Below, piece by piece: positions 36,411 through 44,628 of a DNA stretch of 64,000 bases (the first letter of the stretch is position 1; each line of letters starts with the position of its first letter). A program made the translations under genes and the position numbers. This DNA is from Planctomycetota bacterium (lineage in GTDB: Bacteria; Planctomycetota; UBA1135; JACQFD01). The notes beneath the pieces were generated by a model that saw only the letters and a list, made by a program, of their open reading frames with translations, made no database searches and was not told where the DNA came from. Where the stretch lies: assembly GCA_046160785.1 (NCBI GenBank), contig JBJXHE010000017.1, positions 8,038 to 72,037 on the forward strand, read 5' to 3'.

Positions 36411-38189
36411 TCACAGTCCGATCGTCTTGCAAAAACTGGGGTCGACGCTGGCCACTACGCGATTTCGAGCTTCCTTCAGACGCGGAGTATCTAATTCTTC
36501 TTTGATGCCGCCTTCGAGGGCCGCTGCGAGATGAAGCCTCGCCTCGTCGGCTTTTCCGAGCGCCGCTAACAAATGTGAATATACAAAACGCATTCGCGCG
36601 CCGCCTCGGCCCGTCTTCACAAGATCGTCTAACACAACAATTCCGAACGGCGCGCGTTTTTGATTTAATAATACAATTGAGTAATCGATTAACAATCGCC
36701 CCGTCGGGTTCAGCCGCGATGCAATTTGAATTTCAACAAGAGCGTCTTCATAACGTTCGAGTCGCGCAAGCAAATCCGCGGCGTCGAGGTGCGAGGCGGC
36801 GTTGTCAGGATCGAGTTGTATCGTTTCGCGCCGCGTCGCGAGCGCTTCTTCATAACGATTCCGATAAGCTAATAAACCCGATTTGATACCTAATGCTTCG
36901 ACGCAACGGGCGTCTTTTTCGAGCGCCTGGTTTGCTAATGATTCCGCTTCGGGTACGCGGCCGTATTCGAGATGCCACGACGCGACGCGCGCGAGCACGC
37001 GTGGATCGCCATTACAATTCCGCAGCGCTTCCAAATACCAACGTTCCGCTTCCTTCAATTCATTAAAATGTAACAATACGTCGGCGTACGCGAGCGCGAC
37101 CGTCGAATCCGACGGCGCTCGCTGCGCGGCAAGAGCGAGCGCGCTTCGAGCGGAATCATAACGATTTGCTTCGGCGAGCCGGCCCGCGCAAATGCACAAT
37201 ACGCGGCCCGACGCTGCGGGATGCGCGGCCGCCTTTTCTACAATTCGCACGGCATCGTCGTGCCGCTGGTCGCGATCATAAACTTTGAGAATGCCAAGAA
37301 TCGACGCCTCGTGGCCCGGGTCGATCGCAAGCGCGTAACGAAAGTAAGTTTCGCCTTCTGTTGCATTCCCGCGTGTTAATAATGATCCAATGGTAGCAAG
37401 CGTCAGCGGATCGGCCGGATCAATTTCGAGAGCCTTTCGTAACAATTCTTCGGCTTCCTTGGCGGCGCCTTGCTCGGCGAGAAACCGCGCGTAGTCACCG
37501 AGAAGGCGCGTCGAACGCGGATACTTCTCAATTCCTTTTCTTAGTATTTCAACCGCGTTCTTGCGGTCGCCTCGATCCACATAATATTTCGCGTGCCAGC
37601 CGAAAACGCGGTCGCTCGGAGAGCCCACTAAAAATGCTTGCTTAAATTCACGCTCGGCGGCTTCCGCGTTTCCAAGTTTATGTTGTAAATATCCGTAGTA
37701 TCCGCGCAGTTCGGGATCGTTCGGTAATTGTTGTAATACGATTTCGGCTTGAAGCGCCGCGTCCGCGAGCCGGCCGCACGCGCCGAGCACAATAGATAGT
37801 TCGAGCCGCGCGTCTATTGCATCGCGTGCATTACTTGTATTTGTTTTAGTATTTGTATTAGTATTATTAACGCTGTCGCTTGCTAATAAATTTTCAAGCA
37901 TCCGCAGAGCGTCGCTCGCGCGGCCAGTTCTTGTATAAATCGAAGCGAGCGCGACGGTGAGTCTAGGATGTTCATGATGCGCGGCGAGCGATCGCGCCAG
38001 GCGTTCTTCGGCCTCTTGTAAATTTCCGCGATCACGGTCGCGCTCTGCAAGCGCAATCACTACAGATGGCTCATCCGATGCTAATTTTTCGGCCCATCGC
38101 AGCGCGCGCTGGCCCGCGTGCGGCTCCGCCCGCGCGGCGCGCGTTGCGTCGGCATAACGAATCAGGAATTTTGCAATTGAGGTGCGCAC
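36411..38189 (-). CDS. Tetratricopeptide-repeat protein
   Basis: There are more than 12 TPR-like units (A..Y..AL..DP patterns) along 592 aa. An internal low-complexity stretch reads NNTNTNTKTNTSN. Confidence 0.8.
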   Translation of the reverse strand: MRTSIAKFLIRYADATRAARAEPHAGQRALRWAEKLASDEPSVVIALAERDRDRGNLQEAEERLARSLAAHHEHPRLTVALASIYTRTGRASDALRMLENLLASDSVNNTNTNTKTNTSNARDAIDARLELSIVLGACGRLADAALQAEIVLQQLPNDPELRGYYGYLQHKLGNAEAAEREFKQAFLVGSPSDRVFGWHAKYYVDRGDRKNAVEILRKGIEKYPRSTRLLGDYARFLAEQGAAKEAEELLRKALEIDPADPLTLATIGSLLTRGNATEGETYFRYALAIDPGHEASILGILKVYDRDQRHDDAVRIVEKAAAHPAASGRVLCICAGRLAEANRYDSARSALALAAQRAPSDSTVALAYADVLLHFNELKEAERWYLEALRNCNGDPRVLARVASWHLEYGRVPEAESLANQALEKDARCVEALGIKSGLLAYRNRYEEALATRRETIQLDPDNAASHLDAADLLARLERYEDALVEIQIASRLNPTGRLLIDYSIVLLNQKRAPFGIVVLDDLVKTGRGGARMRFVYSHLLAALGKADEARLHLAAALEGGIKEELDTPRLKEARNRVVASVDPSFCKTIGL

Positions 38190-38248
38190 GAAAAGTTTTC
38201 CGCGGCAATCTTATAACTTGCGAAATCTTCCTGTTCTCGCCGCGTCTC

Positions 38249-38276
38249 TCAACTCTATGGGGTTCGCGGTCGATGA
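38249..38276 (+). promoter_or_regulatory. Candidate sigma-28 (FliA)-type promoter upstream of motA
   Basis: TCAAC-N15-GTCGATGA is compared with the enterobacterial/Bacillus consensus TAAA-N15-GCCGATAA. It lies ~60 nt upstream of the motA ATG. The consensus for this phylum is unknown. Confidence 0.25.
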
Positions 38277-38334
38277 TCGGGTGCGCCAGCGGTTTCCGCG
38301 GGCGCAAACTCCGCCCTGCGTTATTGGAGAGACA

Positions 38335-39123
38335 ATGGACCTTGCGTCGATTCTGGGAATAATTGTAGCAATCGGAATGATCCTGCTCGGGCAGATCCTC
38401 GAAGGAGGACACCCTGGATCATTAATGCAAATAACAGCTTTTATTATTGTTATGGGCGGCACGGTCGGGGCCGTCATGGTGCATTGCACACTCGCCGATT
38501 TCTTGCGCGGACTCAAAATGGCGAAGGGCGTCTTTTTTGATAAGAAAATTCATATAGCACATACGCTCGAAGAATTAGTTAATTTAGCATCGCTCTCGCG
38601 CCGCGAAGGATTGATAGCGCTCGAATCTAAGATTTCCGAAATTAAAGATCCATTCTTAGCAAGAACGCTGGAGCACGCGGTCGACGGCGTTTCAGCTGTA
38701 GATTTGCGCAATTTGATGGAATCGGATTTGGAAATGGAAGACCGCCAATTGTTAAGTGGCGCTTCCGTATTTGAAACGGCCGGCGGATATGCGCCGTGCG
38801 TCGGAATTTTGGGCGCGGTGCTCGGACTTATTCACGTCATGGAAAACCTCGACGATCCGAGCAAGCTCGGCCCCGGCATCGCGGTCGCATTTGTTGCTAC
38901 AATTTACGGCGTCGGCGCGGCAAATTTATTTTTCTTGCCGATGGGAAGTAAACTAAAACGAAAGATACAAATAGAAGCTCTCGAAAAGCAAATGATCATC
39001 GAGGGCGTGTGCGCGATTATTGAAGGCGTGAACGCGAGCGTGATGAAAAAACGCTTACATTCGTTCGTGGCGCAGCTCGACCCGAAGGCGGCCGCCGAAC
39101 ACGCAAAGGAAGGGAAGAAGTAG
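38335..39123 (+). CDS. motA: Flagellar stator protein MotA
   Basis: ATG 38335 is preceded by GGAGAGA. The sequence MDLASILGIIVAIGMILLGQILEGG and the C-terminal TM3-TM4 plug region (GPGIAVAFVATIYGVGAANLFFLP) fit MotA. Confidence 0.85.
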   Translation: MDLASILGIIVAIGMILLGQILEGGHPGSLMQITAFIIVMGGTVGAVMVHCTLADFLRGLKMAKGVFFDKKIHIAHTLEELVNLASLSRREGLIALESKISEIKDPFLARTLEHAVDGVSAVDLRNLMESDLEMEDRQLLSGASVFETAGGYAPCVGILGAVLGLIHVMENLDDPSKLGPGIAVAFVATIYGVGAANLFFLPMGSKLKRKIQIEALEKQMIIEGVCAIIEGVNASVMKKRLHSFVAQLDPKAAAEHAKEGKK

Positions 39124-39154
39124 TCTTCACCGCGCGTGAATTAATAATAATATA

Positions 39155-39889
39155 ATGGGTAAGAAGAAGGGTCATAGCGAGGGACACGTGAACCACGAGC
39201 GATGGCTCGTTTCCTACGCCGATTTTATTACACTACTATTCGCGTTTTTTGTTGTTATGTACGCGATCTCAGACTTAAACTCACGCAAAGCGAAGCAAGT
39301 GTCTCAATCTGTAAAATTCGCAATGCACTTCGCGGGATCGGGCGGCACAAACGAAATTGGCATTTTCGGGGGAAAATCAATGGATAAGACTGCGCCTCAG
39401 AGCGGCGGCCAAGTGGGTTCGATGGAACAGTGGGTGCGCGAGTCGACGACGGTTTACGAATTCTTAGCAAAAGAATTAAAAGATGAATTAACAAAAACTG
39501 AGGAAACATCGCGAAAACTCGACGAACGCGGAGTTGTTATATCTCTTCCGGCGCGCTGGCTCTTCGAAACGGGTTCGACGCGAACGACGGAGAAAGCGGA
39601 AAAGTATCTAAAAACCATGCTCGAAGGTGCGAAAAAGTATCATAAAGACGTGATGATCGCGGGGCTCACGTCGCGCGTTCAATTCCCGGCAGGCTCCAAG
39701 TTTACAGATAGCACGTCGTTACAATTGGGAAGATTAGCGACATTGGAGCGAATGGTAGTGGATCAGCTACAATTCCCGGCGGACCGCGTGAAGGTAATGT
39801 CGGAAACTAACAAAAAGGCAGCGGGCGGATACGCGTCGCCGGCCCAGGTGGAGCGGGCAGCGTTGATTGAATTGATAATATTGAGATAG
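39155..39889 (+). CDS. motB: Flagellar stator protein MotB (divergent OmpA-like C-domain)
   Basis: RWLVSYADFITLLFAFFVVMYAIS contains the conserved Asp in the TM helix. The gene follows motA by 31 nt. Confidence 0.75.
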   Translation: MGKKKGHSEGHVNHERWLVSYADFITLLFAFFVVMYAISDLNSRKAKQVSQSVKFAMHFAGSGGTNEIGIFGGKSMDKTAPQSGGQVGSMEQWVRESTTVYEFLAKELKDELTKTEETSRKLDERGVVISLPARWLFETGSTRTTEKAEKYLKTMLEGAKKYHKDVMIAGLTSRVQFPAGSKFTDSTSLQLGRLATLERMVVDQLQFPADRVKVMSETNKKAAGGYASPAQVERAALIELIILR

Positions 39890-39971
39890 AGATTGCGGGT
39901 TGGGTTACATGGCGCGAGAAAGAGGCGCGGTCTCACTTCTTATAGCGAACGGAATTATGCTGATGTTAATG

Positions 39972-40098
39972 AACGCTCCCGCATAGCGCCGCTTCGGCGT
40001 AAATCCCCATGCTCGCTAAAACAAAACGCGACGCAAAGCGTCGCGTTTTATTTTGATGCTGCGCGGGAGACGCCTCCGCGGCGCTACGCGGGAGCGTT
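39972..40098 (+). repeat. Structured repeat element E1 (127 nt): long closing stem, two conserved 29-nt blocks, apical terminator hairpin
   Basis: The closing stem is AACGCTCCCGCaTAGCGCCGC / GCGGCGCTAcGCGGGAGCGTT, 21 bp with one A-C mismatch. Blocks 39995-40023 and 40051-40079 are identical to the E2 blocks. The apical hairpin AAAACGCGACGC-aaa-GCGTCGCGTTTT+ATTTT spans 40023-40054. Confidence 0.8.
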
Positions 40099-40134
40099 AG
40101 TTTACAGTTAGCCACACAGTGCGTGAATGAGAGA

Positions 40135-40164
40135 AACGGGGACAATCCCCGTTATTTTTTATTT
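40135..40164 (+). terminator. Intrinsic-terminator-like hairpin T1 facing rightward transcription
   Basis: AACGGGG-acaat-CCCCGTT is followed by ATTTTTTATTT. The T-run overlaps stop TAA (40159-40161) of the minus-strand orphan gene. Confidence 0.5.
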
Positions 40165-40929
40165 AAACCACGAAATATCATGTCGAAGGTCGCTGTTATA
40201 AATCTTCTGGTAGGCGTCAGCGATGCGCTGTTGCGACATTGAATCGTTAGTCCACTCGTATTCGCGTATTAGATACTCTCTCGGAACAATATACTTAAAG
40301 CACTGAATCGTTTGTGAATACTCGTCTCGAGCGTTCGCATCTTCGCTAGTAACGTGATCGATACAATTCTTTATCCAAAACAAGATCAATAAATTCACGA
40401 TTAATGATATAATGAATGTGAGGGTCGCACTCAACGCCAGAATTCGAATCCAACGAGTCCGTTGCGTATCAACTAAATTCTTGAATCTCCTCACCGCATT
40501 TACAAGAAGAACAATGATCACTATCATAACGACGCAGACGAGTGCGAGAGGTACGATAAACAACAAAGGGGAATTCGCGGTGCCGCCCAGCACAAATAGA
40601 TATCCAATTATTAAGATTGGCAGATAGGGGAGGGCCGCTAACAAAACTAGACACTCAACGGATAACAGGAAGCAATCACACGCGAGGCTCATCAACGCAT
40701 ATCTTCCGTTTGCAATGAAAGACAGCATCGATAACGCCGGATACAAAATTATCAAAAAATATAATCCAGGTCGAATATCTAACATCACCCGAAAATCGAT
40801 GGAACCTTGTTTTATTAATATAGGATCCAGGAACAACAAGACCGAAGAAACAAAGCAAGCGGCCAGGCACTGAAGTAATAACTTATTTTTAACAGCAAAG
40901 AAGTGCAACTTCTCAGTGAGTCGTTGCAT
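40159..40929 (-). CDS. Orphan polytopic membrane protein (about 6 TM helices + ~70-aa soluble C-terminus), AT-richer than its neighbours
   Basis: The ORF is 256 aa with an ATG start. Six hydrophobic segments can be read by eye. I recognise no family. The DNA is visibly AT-richer than the flanking genes, but this was judged by eye and not computed. Confidence 0.55.
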   Translation of the reverse strand: MQRLTEKLHFFAVKNKLLLQCLAACFVSSVLLFLDPILIKQGSIDFRVMLDIRPGLYFLIILYPALSMLSFIANGRYALMSLACDCFLLSVECLVLLAALPYLPILIIGYLFVLGGTANSPLLFIVPLALVCVVMIVIIVLLVNAVRRFKNLVDTQRTRWIRILALSATLTFIISLIVNLLILFWIKNCIDHVTSEDANARDEYSQTIQCFKYIVPREYLIREYEWTNDSMSQQRIADAYQKIYNSDLRHDISWFK

Positions 40930-40960
40930 TGGCGTTACTCGCGACTGTTAGTTAACAGAA

Positions 40961-40988
40961 CGATAAAAGAACGGGGACAGTCCCCGTT
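40961..40988 (-). terminator. Terminator-like hairpin T2 facing leftward transcription, upstream of the orphan gene
   Basis: The plus strand reads AACGGGG-acagt-CCCCGTT (40970-40988). On the minus strand the hairpin is followed by CTTTTATCG. T2 is 18/19 identical to T1. Confidence 0.45.
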
Positions 40989-41027
40989 CTTCCTGGTGTC
41001 ACCTTCTTCACTCATAATTGCTATTAA

Positions 41028-41151
41028 AGCTCGGGGCGTCGCGCTGCGGAGGCGTCTCCCGCGCAGCATCAAAACAACAGATTGCGCGTAGCGCGATCTG
41101 TTGTTTTAGCGAGCATGGGGATTTACGCCGTAGCAGCGCGATGCCCGAGCT
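41028..41151 (-). repeat. Structured repeat element E2 (124 nt), an inverted copy of E1
   Basis: Read on the minus strand, the stems are AGCTCGGGCaTCGCGCTGC ... GCAGCGCGAcGCCCCGAGCT. They pair but differ in sequence from E1. Blocks 41102-41130 and 41046-41074 are exact reverse complements of the E1 blocks. The 17-bp apical hairpin is at 41071-41107. E2 overlaps the stop codon at 41150-41152. Confidence 0.8.
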
Positions 41152-42130
41152 ATCCTTCGTCATCCGTCATCGCTCTTCCCGCCGCCGCGACCACCGGATC
41201 TGGATAATTACCATAACGGCGTTCCATGCGGGCGTCCATGTCGGTTTCGGCCAGCGCGACGAGGCCGCCGAAGCGGCCGGCTCGTAAACATTCGCGAACG
41301 ATAACGATCAGTTGAGTTAACAAAAACAGAACTGTTATATTAAGATACGTCGCTTCGCCGGCGCTTGCGAGTTCGACGCACCACGCGAGTCCGTAAAGTA
41401 ATATTAATTCCAGCGCGAACGGGATGATTCCGGCGGTAAGCGCGGAGAGCGGGCGGCGGAAGAATAAGGATGTTCCGTGAAGCGCCGCCATGAACGCGCT
41501 GCGGCCTCCGCGAACGGCGATCGACGCGCGGCCGAGGTCGGATACTAAAATAATAAATGCAACGCTCAGCGCGAAGCCGGCCGTTTGTATATTTACAAAT
41601 AAATTAGCGGAGCCTTCCGTGGCAAATTCGCGGAGTTCGGTGGAATCGGAATCGGTCAGAAATTTTTGTAGTGATTCAAAGGGCAGGCCGTAAAAAATCC
41701 AGCGTGCCGCGCCGATGGCCGCGAGCGATAATATTGCAAGCCGCAGAAAGCGTACAAAACGCGCTCCGCCGCCCGAACAGAATGCTTTTAATCCCGCGCG
41801 CGCGTTGCGTTCGTGGCGGTGTACTAATATTTCGAGCCACCCGCCCGTTGAAAACAATCCTAACAAAAACGCGCCCAGGATCGACGCGAGCAGCGCCGGT
41901 TCCGCCGTTTGTAACTTATCGCGCAAGTCGAAGAAAATTGTATATTCCAACTCCGGGCCGAGAATGGAGGGGTCGGCGCGGTGCAGGGTGCTCGCCCCGA
42001 AGGCGCGGCCAAACGTTAGCGCCGCCGGAAGCGCGAGCGCAAAATAACCTAAACACAACGCTAATAAAATTCGGCCGCGAACCGATGCATACAATATTGA
42101 GCCGAAGACGCCTTCAAGCACGCGCTTCAT
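41150..42130 (-). CDS. Polytopic membrane protein of unknown function, translationally coupled to the M1 peptidase
   Basis: The 326-aa protein has several long hydrophobic segments. Its start overlaps the peptidase stop by 4 nt (42127-42130). Confidence 0.6.
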   Translation of the reverse strand: MKRVLEGVFGSILYASVRGRILLALCLGYFALALPAALTFGRAFGASTLHRADPSILGPELEYTIFFDLRDKLQTAEPALLASILGAFLLGLFSTGGWLEILVHRHERNARAGLKAFCSGGGARFVRFLRLAILSLAAIGAARWIFYGLPFESLQKFLTDSDSTELREFATEGSANLFVNIQTAGFALSVAFIILVSDLGRASIAVRGGRSAFMAALHGTSLFFRRPLSALTAGIIPFALELILLYGLAWCVELASAGEATYLNITVLFLLTQLIVIVRECLRAGRFGGLVALAETDMDARMERRYGNYPDPVVAAAGRAMTDDEG

Positions 42131-44463
42131 CGCAGGCTCCCGAAGAATTGCAATTGCGTTTCGGCGTGCAGGAGCGCGCGCAGCGTCCAGCGGAGAGTCG
42201 GCCGGCCGTCGCCTTCGACGAAATAGTTATTATTAAGAAAATTCGAGTCGATTAGTAATTTTCGTTCGGGGTCGACTTTCACCCATTCGAGTTTCGGCCC
42301 GGGCGGCAGCGCCTTGCGCCACCAGCGTTCTTTACCATTCCAAATCTCGAATTGTGATGATTCGCCCTCGCGTTTCCATTCCACTTTCACGGGCCATTCG
42401 ATTTCTCCGAATCTCTTAACAATAAAATCGGATTCATACAGTTTCTTCTCCGCCGCGCCTGGCGCCACGGGATCTTTATCTTTCGAAGTCACGCGGCGGC
42501 GCGCGTCGCCGCGGCCGAAATAACCCATCGGTTTTTGTAGTTCCCGGTTGCGGACGCCCTCGACTCCATAATCAAGAATATTCGATCCGCCGAATGTTTG
42601 TTTAATAAAACTGTCGAGTAGTTCAACGTCGGCGTCCGGGCCCGCGAACTTGCGAATTGTATTAAAAAAATCCTCGGGGCGCGGATGCTCGAATCGATAC
42701 ATTGCGCAGTACGCCCGCATCACGCGCGCCCAGGCGTCGGGGCCGACGATGCGTTCTAATGTATGCAAAACGGTTGCCGGTTTTTGATATGAATTCGTCC
42801 CGGTCGTCTGGCTGTCAAGGAATGTATACGATGCGCGATCGGTGCGATCCGCCTTCGGTCCGCGCGAGAGATACGTTGAGCGGTCGCGCAGAATTTCATT
42901 TTCACGCTCCGGAATAAAATTAAGAAACGGGAGCTGCCGATACCAGCGGAGCGCGGGGTCGTTCGGAAGAATATTAAAGATTTCGGATTCGCCTGGCGTC
43001 GGGTACGCGACACTTCTCAACGTTAATAACCTTTCAATTCCTGAAGCGGGTTCCGCGATATTTAATAATGGGCGGCCGTCGAAATGTTGTGTTCCGATCG
43101 CCGTTTCGGTCGATTGGCCACCGTACGCCATCGTTAACGTTCGCCCCTCGGCATAGGTATTCAATCCTTCATCGAGCCATGCGTGCTCGAATTCATTACT
43201 ACCAATCAAACCATAAAAATGCTGGTGGCCGAATTCGTGAATTGTAACACCCTCGGGCGTGAACACGTTCGCCGACGGATTGCGCCGCGTGCCAGCTGTA
43301 AAAAGCGTTGGATACTCCATTCCCGACGCGCCGCTCGAGTAACGCGGATCCACAACTGTTAATACTTCATACGGATATCTTCCATACCAAAGGCCATACC
43401 AGCGAAGACCTTCGTACGTCGCGCGAAAATGCCGGTCGGCCTGGTTCGCGTGCTCGGGCTGCAAAAGAATTGTTACATCGACATTTGTTAATTTTAACTC
43501 TTCCGCGGTGAGGCCCGTTGCCTTTGCGATGCGGTCGCGTTCGGCCGCGTATTTCGGATCGCGCTCGGCCTCCTCCGCTACAAATTTCCTTTTTACAATA
43601 ATGTATTCGGGGTCGGCCGTCCACGCAAAGTTATGAACGTCGTTTTGTACAAAACGGTAACGAACTGTATCATTTGTGCGGAACGGCCCGTCGACCATCT
43701 TGCCCGTCGCGCCCACTTTCCCTTCGTACCGAAGCGGCAGCACAATGGTTACATCGTAATTTGAATATTCATGAAAAAATTCAGTGTTCGCGTGGAATTG
43801 ATGTGTGTTCCATCCCCACGTTCCGCCGGCGCGCTTTTCGTAAACACCGATTTTCGGATACCAATGTGCAATAAAAACAAAATCATCTTTTCGCCCGGTG
43901 CGCGCGATGGTGCGCGGAATGATATTATCAAATGCGACGTCGAGCGCGACCGACTCGCCCTTTTGCAGGGGAACCGGCAGCGGCACTCTTAATACAGTTT
44001 CGTCGTCGAGATTCTGGTCGTCCGGCGCCACGAATTTTGAATTCGTTAATACATCAATTGAAGACGCGACCGCCGGAATCTTATCATCCGCGCGCTCGCC
44101 CTGCGCCACTAATCTTAATGTTTGTATTTCGGTAGTCGCGAAACTGTCGTCGCGAACTTTTCGCCCTGGCCTTGCGAGCCCGCGATCCGCTTCGCGAAGC
44201 CACGTCGCGCTCGTGTTTTTCCAACCATTCCAATATAAATGAAATTCAAGTTCGGTAATCGCGGCGGGCGAAGGATTATCAAATTCAATTCTGCCAGTTG
44301 TTTGAATGCGCGTCGCGTCTTCGTGCAGCTGCGCCGTAAATGTATAATGTTGAATTCGCGCGCTTTTTGTAGGAATCGCGGGAATCTTTAGATTCTGCGC
44401 GCTAGGGTCTTGCACCGCAGCGGCGAGTGCGGCCAACAGGGTTGAAATTGTGAAAACCCGCAT
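42127..44463 (-). CDS. M1-family (gluzincin) metallopeptidase, secreted
   Basis: HEFGHQHFYGLIGSNEFEHAWLDEGLNTY gives HExxH plus the distal Glu. ATG 44463 yields the signal-like MRVFTISTLLAALAAAVQ. Confidence 0.8.
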   Translation of the reverse strand: MRVFTISTLLAALAAAVQDPSAQNLKIPAIPTKSARIQHYTFTAQLHEDATRIQTTGRIEFDNPSPAAITELEFHLYWNGWKNTSATWLREADRGLARPGRKVRDDSFATTEIQTLRLVAQGERADDKIPAVASSIDVLTNSKFVAPDDQNLDDETVLRVPLPVPLQKGESVALDVAFDNIIPRTIARTGRKDDFVFIAHWYPKIGVYEKRAGGTWGWNTHQFHANTEFFHEYSNYDVTIVLPLRYEGKVGATGKMVDGPFRTNDTVRYRFVQNDVHNFAWTADPEYIIVKRKFVAEEAERDPKYAAERDRIAKATGLTAEELKLTNVDVTILLQPEHANQADRHFRATYEGLRWYGLWYGRYPYEVLTVVDPRYSSGASGMEYPTLFTAGTRRNPSANVFTPEGVTIHEFGHQHFYGLIGSNEFEHAWLDEGLNTYAEGRTLTMAYGGQSTETAIGTQHFDGRPLLNIAEPASGIERLLTLRSVAYPTPGESEIFNILPNDPALRWYRQLPFLNFIPERENEILRDRSTYLSRGPKADRTDRASYTFLDSQTTGTNSYQKPATVLHTLERIVGPDAWARVMRAYCAMYRFEHPRPEDFFNTIRKFAGPDADVELLDSFIKQTFGGSNILDYGVEGVRNRELQKPMGYFGRGDARRRVTSKDKDPVAPGAAEKKLYESDFIVKRFGEIEWPVKVEWKREGESSQFEIWNGKERWWRKALPPGPKLEWVKVDPERKLLIDSNFLNNNYFVEGDGRPTLRWTLRALLHAETQLQFFGSLR

Positions 44464-44628
44464 ATTTAAGGTTCGCGATTCTCGCGGCACGCGTGCCTCT
44501 CGCAAGCGCGCGCCGCGCGTCACTATGAAAATCTTTCCCAAAGCTAAAGCGCTTGCCTGTTTCGACCGACCATTCTTTCGTGGCTGCCATTTCATTCTGT
44601 GATTTCTAGGCCGCCACTGGAGTCTGCT

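Noticed and set aside
37825-37875. An imperfect tandem GTATT/TGT-type repeat inside the TPR gene, encoding NNTNTNTKTNTSN
   Set aside because: - It is an in-frame low-complexity linker within a continuous ORF.
- It could vary in length between strains, but there is no evidence of a regulatory or mobile function.
39972-41151. E1/E2 as integron attC sites, making the orphan gene an integron cassette
   Set aside because: - attC sites flank cassettes in direct orientation. These two copies are inverted.
- The ends do not fit the RYYYAAC / GTTRRRY core sites. The E1 end reads GTTAGTT.
- No intI integrase or attI is present in the window.
- The structural analogy (conserved structure, variable sequence) is kept only as a hypothesis in the findings.
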